A stretch of 64,000 bases of DNA from Pseudomonadota bacterium (lineage in GTDB: Bacteria; Desulfobacterota; Desulfobacteria; Desulfobacterales; JBDRRP01), in assembly GCA_043825735.1 (NCBI GenBank), contig JBDRRP010000145.1, forward strand, positions 1 through 64,000, written 5' to 3'. Within the stretch, counting starts at the first letter, position 1. Each line of letters starts with the position of its first letter. Positions 30,784 through 40,920 of the stretch are shown piece after piece. Both the position numbers and the translations under genes were made by a program. Below the pieces are notes generated by a model. It had not been told where the DNA came from. It saw only the letters and a list, made by a program, of their open reading frames with translations, and searched no databases.

Positions 30784-31764
30784 TTACCAGTCGACGACCG
30801 TTCGAACCGCATCGACGACCTGGCCGGCATTGGGCAGGACAAAGTCTTCCAGACCGGGTGAAAACGGAATGGGCACGTCCTTGGCGGCCACCCGCAGCAC
30901 CGGCGCCTTAAGGTCGTCAAACAGCGCTTCCTGAATCCGCGCAGCCAGTTCAGCCCCGAATCCGCCCGTCCGGCAGGCCTCGTGCACCACGACCGCCCGT
31001 TTGGTCTTGCGAACGGATGCGGCCACCGTGTCCATGTCGAGGGGCTTGAGGGTTCTCAAATCGACGATTTCAGTTTCGATTCCCATCTGCTGGAGGGTTG
31101 CCGCAGCCTCCCGGCACAGGTAAACGCCGGCGCCGTAAGTGATCAGGGAGGCATGGGAGCCTTCCCGTTTGACTGCCGCCCGGCCCAGGGCAATGACGGT
31201 GTCGCCCTCGGGAACCGGCCCTTCCTTGGCAAAAAGCTTCTTGTGCTGAAAAAACATGACTGGATCGTCGTCGCGAATGGCGGCCTTGATCAGTCCCTTG
31301 ACGTCAGCCGGCTCGCTGGGCACCACGACCTTCAGACCCGGTGTGTGGACAAACCAGGCCTCCAGGGACTGGGAGTGCTGGGCTGCGGCCCGCAGCCCGG
31401 CGCCGTCCGGGCACCAGACCACCAGGGGCACCCTGACTTGCCCGCCGAGCATGTATCGAATCTTCGCGGTCTGGTTGACCAGTTCATCCATGCAGCAGGT
31501 GACGAAATCCGAAAAGTGCAGGTCGACGATGGGGCGCATCCCGGTCAAGGCGGCACCCAAGCCGACCCCTACGATGGCCGACTCGCTGATGGGGGTGTCG
31601 ACGATGCGATCCGGAAAGGCCTCGGGAATGCCTTTGAACTGGCCGAAAATGCCGGCGTGGGCCTTGAGGTCCTCACCGAGGATGAAAACGGAAGGATCCC
31701 GGGTCATCTCTTCATGCAACGCCTCGGCCAGGGCCGCTGAACAGCTCAAGATGCGATCGGTCAT
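30784..31764 (-). CDS. TPP-dependent 2-oxoacid/acetoin dehydrogenase E1 beta subunit
   Basis: LGED, DTPISE, AAQHSQSLE, DLRTLKPLD. Confidence 0.92.
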   Translation of the reverse strand: MTDRILSCSAALAEALHEEMTRDPSVFILGEDLKAHAGIFGQFKGIPEAFPDRIVDTPISESAIVGVGLGAALTGMRPIVDLHFSDFVTCCMDELVNQTAKIRYMLGGQVRVPLVVWCPDGAGLRAAAQHSQSLEAWFVHTPGLKVVVPSEPADVKGLIKAAIRDDDPVMFFQHKKLFAKEGPVPEGDTVIALGRAAVKREGSHASLITYGAGVYLCREAAATLQQMGIETEIVDLRTLKPLDMDTVAASVRKTKRAVVVHEACRTGGFGAELAARIQEALFDDLKAPVLRVAAKDVPIPFSPGLEDFVLPNAGQVVDAVRTVVDW

Positions 31765-32750
31765 GGGGCATCTCCTTTGCAATGCGGGGAGGCCAGCAAG
31801 TCCTGTAGGGCATCGGCCGGCTCCGGGAAGGGACTCTCCTCGGCAAATGCGACCGCCGCGCTCAGCGCAGCCGCCACCTCGGTCCATATCTGTTCCCGAA
31901 GGGCGGCCGACAAAATCTTTCTTTCCGCCAGCAGCCGGCCATAAAGCGCCACCGGATCGCGTTCGCTCTGCCAGGTGGCCACTTCCGCCGGGGTGCGGTA
32001 TTTCTGGGGATCCCCTTCAAAATGCCCGCGCCAGCGGTAGGTCTTGTTTTCGATCAAGCTCGGGCCCTGCCTGCTGCGCGCGCGGGCGACGGCCGTCTCC
32101 GCTGCTTGACGTACCGCGAGAAGGTCGTTTCCGTCCACGACGACACCGGGCATGGCATAACCTGCCGCCCGGGCACTGATGTCTTCCACGGCGCAGGCAT
32201 TGCGATGGGGGGTGGTCGAGGCGAACTGATTGTTTTCCACGACAAAGACAATGGGCAGTTTCCATATGGCGGCCAGGTTCATGACTTCGTGCACCGGCCC
32301 GCGATTTGCGGCACCATCGCCGAAAAAGCAGACCGCCACCTGGTCTGTCTTTCTCATGGCGATCGAGAATCCGGCCCCGGCGATAATGGGCAGTCCGCCG
32401 GCGACGACGCCGTTGGCGCCGAGAATGCCCAGGGACACGTCGGCGATGTGCATGGATCCGCCTTTTCCCTTGCAATATCCGGTTTTTTTGCCGAACAGCT
32501 CGGCGACCATCCTGTTGAGGTCGGCCCCCTTGGCGATCATGTGTCCGTGACCGCGGTGCGTGGTGGTCAGGTAGTCGTCGGCCCTGAGGCAGGAACACAC
32601 CCCCACTGCCGAGGCTTCCTGGCCCAGGGACAGATGGATGAAGCCGGGAATCCTTGATGCGGCGAAAAGGGTTCCCGCAAGCAATTCGAACTGCCGAATG
32701 GTCACCATGCTCCGGTACATGCGGTGGTGCTCCGCTGCTGTCAGTGCCAT
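31761..32750 (-). CDS. TPP-dependent dehydrogenase E1 alpha subunit
   Basis: GFIHLSLGQEA, HRGHGH, GKGGSMH, FGDGA..ENN, TYRWRGH. Confidence 0.92.
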   Translation of the reverse strand: MALTAAEHHRMYRSMVTIRQFELLAGTLFAASRIPGFIHLSLGQEASAVGVCSCLRADDYLTTTHRGHGHMIAKGADLNRMVAELFGKKTGYCKGKGGSMHIADVSLGILGANGVVAGGLPIIAGAGFSIAMRKTDQVAVCFFGDGAANRGPVHEVMNLAAIWKLPIVFVVENNQFASTTPHRNACAVEDISARAAGYAMPGVVVDGNDLLAVRQAAETAVARARSRQGPSLIENKTYRWRGHFEGDPQKYRTPAEVATWQSERDPVALYGRLLAERKILSAALREQIWTEVAAALSAAVAFAEESPFPEPADALQDLLASPHCKGDAP

Positions 32751-32790
32751 AACCTGCTCCTTGAAATTCGGTAAACCCGGGGCTTCCCAA

Positions 32791-33633
32791 TCATCTTCGC
32801 ACAAAACGATTTTTCAGTGAACCGGTGCGGCCCCATGCCGAGAGCCGCCGCTCCCTGTAAACGACAAGCACGGCAAAGCTGACAAGGTAGCCGGTGGCAG
32901 CGGCAAAGGCGGCGGCGGTGCCGACATAGAGTCCCAAGGCCGGGTAGGCGAGAGACACCACCAGCGTATAGCAAATCAGCGCTCCCAGCCCGCGGGGAAA
33001 GTTCTTGACGATGGTGTAGACGTGATTGCGACCGTAACTGACGTGGATGATGAGGATCAGGGGAAACAGCGTGGTGGGAAAGGCGGAAAAAAGGCCTGCC
33101 CAGCGGGGTCCCACCCAGTGGGCCGCGCCGGTCACGGCCAAAAGAATCAAGGTCGCCAGGGCGGCCCTGAGCACCAGGACACGGAAGGTCAGCCGGACCG
33201 GTCGGTCGATGCGGCTGTCGGGGATGCGGCGAAACAGGACGGCAAAGGCGACGGTTGCCACCACGGGCAGGACCACTGCCATGGGCTTTGTCAGATGGAC
33301 GGTTTGTAGCAGGCCGATGGCGGCGGCATATCCTCCGGTGGCTGCCGCCGATGCCGCGGCAATCTCCCAGCGACGGCAGCGCACTGCCGTCCGGTAGTAC
33401 ACGTAAACGAAGCAGAGCGTTCCCACCAGCCCGGCAGTGGTGTAAACGGCGCTATCGGCGGCAAAGCCGGGGCCGATTTCCAGTCCAATAAAAAACAGAG
33501 CGATAGCGGACCCCAGAGGGTAGCCGGACAGGACACCGGCAACACGGGGGCTGACATGTTCGGCCACCACCGAGAGGGCTACGACCATTGCCAGGGTGAC
33601 CCCGATTTTAAGCAGGACAATCAATGCGGTCAT
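32791..33633 (-). CDS. Integral membrane protein of unknown function (internally duplicated)
   Basis: Multiple TM helices; repeated PRxAGxxSxxP motif; start uncertain. Confidence 0.75.
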   Translation of the reverse strand: MTALIVLLKIGVTLAMVVALSVVAEHVSPRVAGVLSGYPLGSAIALFFIGLEIGPGFAADSAVYTTAGLVGTLCFVYVYYRTAVRCRRWEIAAASAAATGGYAAAIGLLQTVHLTKPMAVVLPVVATVAFAVLFRRIPDSRIDRPVRLTFRVLVLRAALATLILLAVTGAAHWVGPRWAGLFSAFPTTLFPLILIIHVSYGRNHVYTIVKNFPRGLGALICYTLVVSLAYPALGLYVGTAAAFAAATGYLVSFAVLVVYRERRLSAWGRTGSLKNRFVRR

Positions 33634-33840
33634 GGGAAATCGTATCGCCGGGGTTTGCTCATAGAGCATGGATTTCACTTGACAACAATAGAGGGATTAA
33701 TGCTTTATGACAACACTATTTTACCACATCGAATCGGGGTCCGGACGGTCTTCGCCACCGATAGCCAAAGGACTCCCAGCGGTGATGAATGCTTCAAACC
33801 ACACCTCGGAAAACGCCCCAAAACAGAAAGGAGCAACACC

Positions 33841-34917
33841 ATGACATCCAGAGCAGCACGAACCTGGCTCGTTTGGATCCTGACCGTGGCGGTCGTGTTT
33901 GCATTCCTCCCGGCAGGCCATGCCGCCGAATTCAAGAAAGAATACAAAATGCAGGTCAATGTCGGTCCCCAATTCTACTGGGGCATGGGGGCGACCAAGT
34001 TTGCCGAGCTGGTGACGGCCAAAACCGGCGGCAAAATCAACATCAAGCCTTACTGGGGCAGCCAGCTGCTCAAGGGCGCTCAACTTAAATCGGCGCAGAT
34101 GGTTGCCAACGGCGTTATCGAGTGCGCCTTCGAGTCGACCATCAACATCTCGCCGGTGATTACGGAATGCAATATCTTCTCCCTGCCGTTTTTTATAAAC
34201 AACTTCAAAAATCTCGACAAACTCACGGGAGGGGAAACCGGAAAGGCCATTTTCGCGGCCATGGAGAAAAAAGGACTCAAGCCGCTTGCCTGGGGAGAAA
34301 ACGGATTCCGGCAGATCACCAACAGCAGACGTGAAATTGCCATGCCCGCCGATGTCAGTGGACTCAAATTCCGCGTGGTCGGCAGTCCGATCTTCATCGA
34401 CATTTTCCGTCAACTCGGCGCCGATCCGGTGAATATGAACTGGGGCGACGCGACATCGGCCTTCCAGCAGGGGGTAGTCGACGGCCAGGAAAACCCGCTG
34501 CCCAACGTCTGCATCCCGGTTCAGATCTGGCAGTATCACAAGTACCTCACCCGGTGGAACTACCTGGTGGATCCGCTGATTTTCTACTGGAGCAAAAAGG
34601 AGTTCGACGCTTTCCCGCCGGACATCCAGAAAGCCATCACCGAGGCCGCAATCGAGGCCGGGCGCTATGAAATCGCCCTGGCACGGGCCGGCATCGACGA
34701 CGGCACCGCCTTGGCCACGCTTACAAACGAGTTCAAGTACACCATGCAAATCCCGGATCCGGTTGCGTTCGTGAAGGAAAAGGGCATGACCGTGACCAAC
34801 CTCACCGACGCCCAGCGCCAGGCCTTCATGGAGGCCACCAAACCGGTTTTCGACGCATGGGTGCCTAAAATCGGGCAGGAAATCTACGCGAAAGCAAAGG
34901 CAGATATGGCAAAATAG
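33841..34917 (+). CDS. dctP: TRAP transporter substrate-binding protein
   Basis: Signal peptide ending AHA; ENGFRQITN, GLKFRV, QGVVDGQENP; AAAGGAG RBS. Confidence 0.92.
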   Translation: MTSRAARTWLVWILTVAVVFAFLPAGHAAEFKKEYKMQVNVGPQFYWGMGATKFAELVTAKTGGKINIKPYWGSQLLKGAQLKSAQMVANGVIECAFESTINISPVITECNIFSLPFFINNFKNLDKLTGGETGKAIFAAMEKKGLKPLAWGENGFRQITNSRREIAMPADVSGLKFRVVGSPIFIDIFRQLGADPVNMNWGDATSAFQQGVVDGQENPLPNVCIPVQIWQYHKYLTRWNYLVDPLIFYWSKKEFDAFPPDIQKAITEAAIEAGRYEIALARAGIDDGTALATLTNEFKYTMQIPDPVAFVKEKGMTVTNLTDAQRQAFMEATKPVFDAWVPKIGQEIYAKAKADMAK

Positions 34918-34925
34918 CCCGAAAT

Positions 34926-34970
34926 GGAAAAGCCCCTGCGGATCGGTTGACCGGTGTGCAGGGGCTTTCC
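34926..34970 (+). other. Intercistronic stem-loop between dctP and dctQ
   Basis: GGAAAAGCCCCTGC / GCAGGGGCTTTCC. Confidence 0.6.
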
Positions 34971-34998
34971 ATTAGAAGCCTGGCCCGGAGAAGATCTG

Positions 34999-35487
34999 AT
35001 GATGCCGACAGTGAAGGGCATTCGTATCGATTACTGGCTTGCCGCGATCATGCTGTTTATCATGGCGGCCATCGCCTTTGCCAACGTACTCAGCCGGTAC
35101 CTGTTCCACTTTTCGTTTGCCGCCACAGAGGAGATCACCATCAACCTCTTTGTCTGGATGACGGTGGTGGGCTCTGCCATCGCCTTTGAACGGGGCAGCC
35201 AGCTTGGCATGGTCACGCTCTACAACGTCCTGCCGAAGCGGTTGAAAAAAATGGTCATATGGTTCAGCGCCATCCTCAGCGCTGCGCTCTTTCTGCTGGT
35301 TGACATTTACATGGTGCAGGCCATCTACGAAGAGATCACCCTGTTTCAGGCAACGTCGGCGGCGCTGGGCATCCCCGTGTGGATTTACTACGCCGGCGTA
35401 CCGGTGCTGTCCGTGTTCGTGTTTATCGGCATTCGGCGCCAGGCAGCGCTTTTATTGAAACGCCTCGACGGCGGCGGGGACAAGTAG
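34999..35487 (+). CDS. dctQ: TRAP small permease
   Basis: NVLSRY..EEI; four TM segments. Confidence 0.9.
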   Translation: MMPTVKGIRIDYWLAAIMLFIMAAIAFANVLSRYLFHFSFAATEEITINLFVWMTVVGSAIAFERGSQLGMVTLYNVLPKRLKKMVIWFSAILSAALFLLVDIYMVQAIYEEITLFQATSAALGIPVWIYYAGVPVLSVFVFIGIRRQAALLLKRLDGGGDK

Positions 35488-36783
35488 ATGGAAGCTGCGG
35501 TCATCGGATCCGTCTTTTTGGTATTGATGGCTCTGGGTGTTCCCATCGGAACCGCCCTGGGCATTGCCGCCGTGGTCACCATCTATTATTTCGATCTCGG
35601 CATCGGCATGCTCGGGGTCAACTTTCTCAACGGGATCGCCTCCTTTCCGCTGCTGGCCATTCCGTTTTTCGTCCTGGCCGGGGTTATTCTCGAAAAGGCG
35701 AAGCTTGCGGCCACAATCGCCCGTTTTTTCGAACTGCTCGTCGGCCAGACCGTGGGCGGTCTGGCCATGGTGGCCGTGCTGACCTGCATGTTCTGGGGAG
35801 CGTTGTCCGGTTCCGGACCGGCCACAACGGCCGCCGTGGGCCTGATTCTGCTCACCCCGATGATTCGCCACGGCTACGACAAACATTTTGCCGCGGCCAC
35901 CATCGCCAACGCCAGCGATCTGTCGATCATCATCCCGCCGAGCATCGCCTTTATCATCTACGGCAACATCACCAGCGTGTCGGTCAGCGCCCTGTTCGTG
36001 GCCGGTATCGTTCCCGGTCTTATAACCGGGGTGGGACTACTCCTGGTGGCCTACCTGATCTCCCGCAAACGGGGCTACCGCGGGCTTGAGCGCCGGGGCA
36101 GCCTGCGGGAAATTCTCCTCGCCCTGAAAAAGTCGATCTGGGCGATTCTCACCCCTGTGATCATCCTGGGCGGGATCTACACCGGCATTTTCACCCCGAC
36201 CGAAGCCGCCGTGGTGGCCGTGTTCTACAGCCTGTTTGTCGCGGTGGTGGTCTACCGGTCCCTGACCTGGCGCGACATGGTCCAGATCCTGGTGGATGCC
36301 AGCGTCACCAGTTCGGTCATCATGTTCATTGTGGTGTTTGCAGGCATTTTTACCTGGGCCGCATCCGTAATCGGCATCATCGACCGTGCAGCGGAAGCCA
36401 TCATCCGAATATCGCCCAACGCCGTGGTCATGATCATCCTCGTAAACCTGCTGCTGCTGGCGCTGGGTATGATCATCGATGCCATTTCCATCTCCTACCT
36501 GGTCATGCCCATCCTCATTCCGGTGCTGACGGCCTTCAAGATCGATCCGCTCTGGTACGGGGTGATCTTCATATCGGCCCTGGCCATCGGCCAGGCCACG
36601 CCACCGGTGGGCGTAAACCTCTTTACAGCGGCCAACCTCATCAACGGCAACCTCGACAGCATCGCCAAGGAAGCACTGTGGTTCATCGTCATGGATATCG
36701 TCGTTCTGGTGATTCTGTCCCTGGTCCCCATTTTGTCTCTCTACCTCCCTGTGGCTGCCGGGCTGTACCAGATGCCTCAGTAG
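35488..36783 (+). CDS. dctM: TRAP large permease
   Basis: LLAIPFF, SGSGPA, IIPPS, FTPTEA, TPPVG. Confidence 0.93.
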   Translation: MEAAVIGSVFLVLMALGVPIGTALGIAAVVTIYYFDLGIGMLGVNFLNGIASFPLLAIPFFVLAGVILEKAKLAATIARFFELLVGQTVGGLAMVAVLTCMFWGALSGSGPATTAAVGLILLTPMIRHGYDKHFAAATIANASDLSIIIPPSIAFIIYGNITSVSVSALFVAGIVPGLITGVGLLLVAYLISRKRGYRGLERRGSLREILLALKKSIWAILTPVIILGGIYTGIFTPTEAAVVAVFYSLFVAVVVYRSLTWRDMVQILVDASVTSSVIMFIVVFAGIFTWAASVIGIIDRAAEAIIRISPNAVVMIILVNLLLLALGMIIDAISISYLVMPILIPVLTAFKIDPLWYGVIFISALAIGQATPPVGVNLFTAANLINGNLDSIAKEALWFIVMDIVVLVILSLVPILSLYLPVAAGLYQMPQ

Positions 36784-37355
36784 TGGGCGGTTCATGGACC
36801 ATGAAAAAGTTGTCGATCAATCCGAACGATAAACCAAACGGCCGACGAGCACTCTGGTCGGCCATTGTTTATGTGGCATGACTGTCACCGGCATGAAAGA
36901 GAGATTTGAAGATCGACGATCAAGGACGCCTCATCGGCATGGACATCCACAGCGTAAGGAATCTCTATTTCAACGGCTAAAATATTCATCCCATGCTCCC
37001 ATCAAAACCGCCCGGTTATCCATAATGATAGTTCGAATTTGTCTCAATTCAACCCGGTTAAATCCGCCGCTAATATGAAGCCGGATCGGATCAAGAACGC
37101 CGGCCGATTGAAATTTTTACCTTTTTTCTACAACAGCATAGGAAAAAGTTCAACGCACAGAACAGGCCTTTCTCATTGAGAAAATGTTTTATGGGACACC
37201 GGTGATGCCACTCGTGTGTTGGTATCAGGTGCCGGCGGCAGCTCTGAATGCCGGCCTTCTGCCGCCCGCCGCCGAGGCTCTGGCGGATAAAATGGCGGAC
37301 AGATCGCCGGCATGACGGGATACGGCAGAAAAAGGCTTTTTGGAGTTCATCATAT

Positions 37356-37389
37356 AAAAAATGGCCGACCAGCACTCTGGTCGGCCATT
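37356..37389 (-). terminator. Terminator of the tRNA pair
   Basis: AATGGCCGACCAG/CTGGTCGGCCATT stem plus T-run on the minus strand. Confidence 0.8.
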
Positions 37390-37396
37390 ATTTATT

Positions 37397-37474
37397 TGGC
37401 GTCCCCAAGGGGATTCGAACCCCTGTCGCCGGCGTGAAAGGCCGGTGTCCTGGACCGGGCTAGACGATGGGGAC
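37397..37474 (-). tRNA. tRNA-Glu(TTC)
   Basis: GTCCCCA acceptor, anticodon loop CT-TTC-AC, GGTTCGAATCCC, encoded CCA. Confidence 0.95.
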
Positions 37475-37491
37475 AAAAAGTGGCGCTAAAA

Positions 37492-37567
37492 TGGTGGGCC
37501 GTGCGCGACTCGAACGCGCGACTCTCTGCTTAAAAGGCAGATACTCTACCGACTGAGTTAACGGCCC
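37492..37567 (-). tRNA. tRNA-Lys(TTT)
   Basis: GGGCCGT acceptor, TCTGC-CT-TTT-AA-GCAGA, GTTCGAGT, encoded CCA. Confidence 0.95.
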
Positions 37568-37715
37568 CTGTCGGGCAAATCGAATTCAGCTCAGTATCGA
37601 CTTGCGAAAGCTTTGTCAATAAAAAAACCGGAGGCCCGGGCAAGAACGCCGATAGGAGCCCTGTTTGTCCCGCCTGGCGCGCCAAGGCAAAGAGGCCGCC
37701 GGTAAATAGCCAATC

Positions 37716-37892
37716 GTGTCCGGCCACAGATGGTGGATTTTGGTTCCTGGCACTTGTCCGCCGTAGCGTTGCTTTGCGTAGGCGGAAGGCCTGAACGCGT
37801 TTGAAACCGGAGGCGTAGCTCCGCTACGTCGAGGATTTCAAACGCGTGAAAACGCCGCTCTGGGCCGGAAGATGCCGCCTGTGGACGAACAC
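37716..37892. mobile_element. MITE-like element, family C
   Basis: TIRs GTGTCCGGCCACAG / CTGTGGACGAACAC; internal perfect IR ACGCGTTTGAAA/TTTCAAACGCGT around GCGTAGC-TCC-GCTACGT. Confidence 0.55.
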
Positions 37893-37895
37893 CGT

Positions 37896-39344
37896 TTAGC
37901 GGCGCCAAAACGCCGGCACCAGCAGTATAATGACAGTATAAATCTCAAGGCGGCCCAGGAGCATGCACCAGATGAGCAGCCATTTGCCGGCGGACGGAAT
38001 GGCGGCAAAATTGTCAGCCGGCCCCACCCCCCCGAAGCCCGGGCCGATATTGCCGATCGTGGCAGCGACGGCTCCCAGGGATGTGACAAAATCGACACCC
38101 ATTCCGGCCAGGATCACCGCACACACCCCGAAAAGCCCCATGTACAGCGCCAGAAATCCCATCACGCTGCGCATGACGTCGTCTGGAACGGATTTTCCGG
38201 CAACCTTGATGTGCTGGACCGCATGGGGGTGGACCAGGGTAAAGAGCTCCCGGTAGCAGTATTTGAAACACAGCATGATCCGCAGGCATTTCACCCCCCC
38301 GCCGGTAGACCCCGCGGAGGCCCCCAGGATCATGCACATCAGAAGAATCAGCTGGCTCATGGCGGGCCAGAGTTCATAATCGGCGGTCGCAAATCCCGTG
38401 GTCGTCACAATGGAGACGACCTGAAAAACACTGTAGCGCATCGCCTCCCCTACGGACTGGTAGACATCACCGTAGATATCGAAGGCCACCAGCAGGGTCA
38501 GTACGGTCACCGCTCCGAGAAAAAAACGGCATTCTGAATCCTTCCAGAAAATCAGCGTTTTCCCCCTCAGCAGCTGGTAGTGCAGTGAAAAATTGATGCC
38601 GGCCAGGAGCATAAAAACCACGATCACCAGGTCGATATACACCGAGTCGTAGTGGGCGATGGAGGTGTTCTTTGTAGAAAAACCGCCGGTGGGCATCGTC
38701 GTAAACGTATGGTTCAAGGCGTCGAAGAAGCTCATGTGGCCCACCATCAACAAGAGGACCTCGGCCAGCGAGATCAGGGCATAAATCTTCCACATGATCA
38801 TGGCGGTGTCGCGAATGCGGGGTTTGAGCTTGTCGGGCACGGGGCTGGGCACTTCTGCCTTGTATAGCTGCATGCCGCCGACCCCCAGAAACGGCAGGAT
38901 GGCCACCGACAGCACAATGATTCCCATGCCCCCCAGCCACTGGATGAAACTCCGCCAGAAGAGGATCCCCCGGTCCACCGCTTCGATCTGCGTCAACACC
39001 GAGGCTCCGGTGGTAGTGAACCCCGACACGGACTCGAAGAAGGCATCGACAAAGCTTGGGAAATCCCCACAGAAGTAAAACGGCAGAGCGCCGAAGCCCC
39101 CCACCGCGGTCCACCCCAAGGCCACGATGGCCATCCCCTCCCGAGCGCTGATAATCTCAATGGGTTTTCCGCGGGAGGCCAGAAAGGCCCCTCCGCCGGC
39201 AGCCAGGGTGATGGCCATGGACAAGGCCAGAGGCGTCACACTGCCGTCATGGTAAAAGAGTCCCACCGCCAGCGGCAGCACCATGCACGCGCCGATGGCG
39301 GCCACCAGGATCGCCACGATGTTGATGATAAACCGCCATCGCAT
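37896..39344 (-). CDS. trkH: Trk potassium uptake permease
   Basis: FESVSGFTTTG, GGMG, TGGF, TTTG, GNIGPG, GRLE. Confidence 0.96.
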   Translation of the reverse strand: MRWRFIINIVAILVAAIGACMVLPLAVGLFYHDGSVTPLALSMAITLAAGGGAFLASRGKPIEIISAREGMAIVALGWTAVGGFGALPFYFCGDFPSFVDAFFESVSGFTTTGASVLTQIEAVDRGILFWRSFIQWLGGMGIIVLSVAILPFLGVGGMQLYKAEVPSPVPDKLKPRIRDTAMIMWKIYALISLAEVLLLMVGHMSFFDALNHTFTTMPTGGFSTKNTSIAHYDSVYIDLVIVVFMLLAGINFSLHYQLLRGKTLIFWKDSECRFFLGAVTVLTLLVAFDIYGDVYQSVGEAMRYSVFQVVSIVTTTGFATADYELWPAMSQLILLMCMILGASAGSTGGGVKCLRIMLCFKYCYRELFTLVHPHAVQHIKVAGKSVPDDVMRSVMGFLALYMGLFGVCAVILAGMGVDFVTSLGAVAATIGNIGPGFGGVGPADNFAAIPSAGKWLLIWCMLLGRLEIYTVIILLVPAFWRR

Positions 39345-40708
39345 TAGAAATACTCCAACTTAACAGCGAGAATCTTCTCCAGCTTGGATATGGCCTGGCG
39401 ATGGGCGAAAATGATGATGCGGTCATCGGGTTGGATGATGCTTTCACCGGAGGGAATGATCACTTCGCTTTGTCGAATGATGGCCACGACCAGTACGCCC
39501 TTGGGAAAGGCGATGTCTTTGAGGGGCCGTGACACGATTTCCGAAGTGTCCATGGCGATGGCTTCCAAAACCTCGGCCTGCTCGCCCTTGATGGATATGG
39601 CCGATAGCACTTTACCCCGCCTCACATGCTGCAAAATGCTGTTGATGGCTGACAGCCGCGGGCTGACCACCTGGTTGAGTCCGATGGCTGACATGAGCGG
39701 AAAATAGCTGAACTTGCTGATTTTGGTGATGGTCTTTCGGGCCCCCATGCGGCTGGCCAGCAGCGACGCCAGAATATTGGTTTCCTCGTCGTCGGTGAGC
39801 GTCACCACCACGTCGGTTTCCGCGATGTTCTCCTCGGCCAGCAGGGCCTGGTCCGAGCCGTCGCCGTGGAGCACCACCGCGCGGTTGAGCTTTTCGGCCA
39901 ACTTGGCACAACGGCCGGCGTCGGTTTCAACGATTTTGGTGTAAACGGAGGTCTCCTCAAGCCGCATCGCCAATCTGAAACCAATGCGGCCGCCGCCGAT
40001 GATGAGCACCCGCCGAATGGGCTCTGCGGTTTTGCCGAAGACCGACAGGGTGTCCATCAGGGTGGATTCCTCGGCGATGAAGTAGACAATATCGCCGGCC
40101 TTGAGGTGGTCCTTGCCCCGGGGGATGATGACCTGCTCGTCGCGCACCATGCCGGCAATGAGCGGCCGCCGCGATCCCAGCTTCTGAGCGAGATCGATGA
40201 GCCGGAGCCCGTCAAGGGGGGAGCCCTGGTCGAGGGTAACCCCCACGAACTTCACCTTGCCGTCGGCGAATTCATTGACGTCCACGGCGCCCGGTACGCT
40301 CATCAGCCGGTCGATGGTGTTGACCACTTCGATTTCCGGGTTGATGACCGTGTCGATGTGGGGCGAATGGGTGCGGAAATGCTCGTGGTAGTCGTCAAAG
40401 GCCGCGCCTCTAAGCCGGGCCAGTTTCTTGGTGGTGGGCGACAGGATGTCGGTCATCATGCAGGCAACCAGGTTGGCTTCATCACTGTTGGTCACCGCCA
40501 GCATGATTTCAGCCTCGACAATGCCGGCCTCCAGCAGCGTCTCCGGCGAGCTCCCGGAGCCTTGAATGGTCTGGACGTCGCTGTGGTCCGACACTCGGCG
40601 CAAGGCAGCGGCGTCAGTGTCGATGAGGGTGACGTTCTTGTTTTCAAGAGCCAGATGTCCGGCAATGTGAAAGCCTACTTCACCGGCACCGATGATGACA
40701 ATTTTCAC
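39344..40708 (-). CDS. trkA: Trk system NAD-binding subunit
   Basis: Two RCK domains GAGEVG / GGGRIG; GTG start. Confidence 0.96.
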   Translation of the reverse strand: MKIVIIGAGEVGFHIAGHLALENKNVTLIDTDAAALRRVSDHSDVQTIQGSGSSPETLLEAGIVEAEIMLAVTNSDEANLVACMMTDILSPTTKKLARLRGAAFDDYHEHFRTHSPHIDTVINPEIEVVNTIDRLMSVPGAVDVNEFADGKVKFVGVTLDQGSPLDGLRLIDLAQKLGSRRPLIAGMVRDEQVIIPRGKDHLKAGDIVYFIAEESTLMDTLSVFGKTAEPIRRVLIIGGGRIGFRLAMRLEETSVYTKIVETDAGRCAKLAEKLNRAVVLHGDGSDQALLAEENIAETDVVVTLTDDEETNILASLLASRMGARKTITKISKFSYFPLMSAIGLNQVVSPRLSAINSILQHVRRGKVLSAISIKGEQAEVLEAIAMDTSEIVSRPLKDIAFPKGVLVVAIIRQSEVIIPSGESIIQPDDRIIIFAHRQAISKLEKILAVKLEYF

Positions 40709-40837
40709 GACAGCGTTCTCCCCAGAGGGTTACGATGAGGTCCGCAGCAGCCCACTGCCGGCGCATTGTCTAACAGTCCGGAGACAATAGTCAACCCGTA
40801 TCACGATCGTTGAATATTGCGGTTTGCTGCGGCGCTT

Positions 40838-40911
40838 ATCGATACCGATTTCGATCCCGACCCCGAGAGGGTCCTGGGATGAAACGGGACATTGTTCAGA
40901 CAAATACCATA
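40838..40911 (+). repeat. MITE family A partial copy
   Basis: ATCGATACCGATTTCGATCCCGACCCCGA..GGATGAAACGGGACATTGTTCAGACAAATAC. Confidence 0.65.
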
Positions 40912-40920
40912 AATCAGCGC

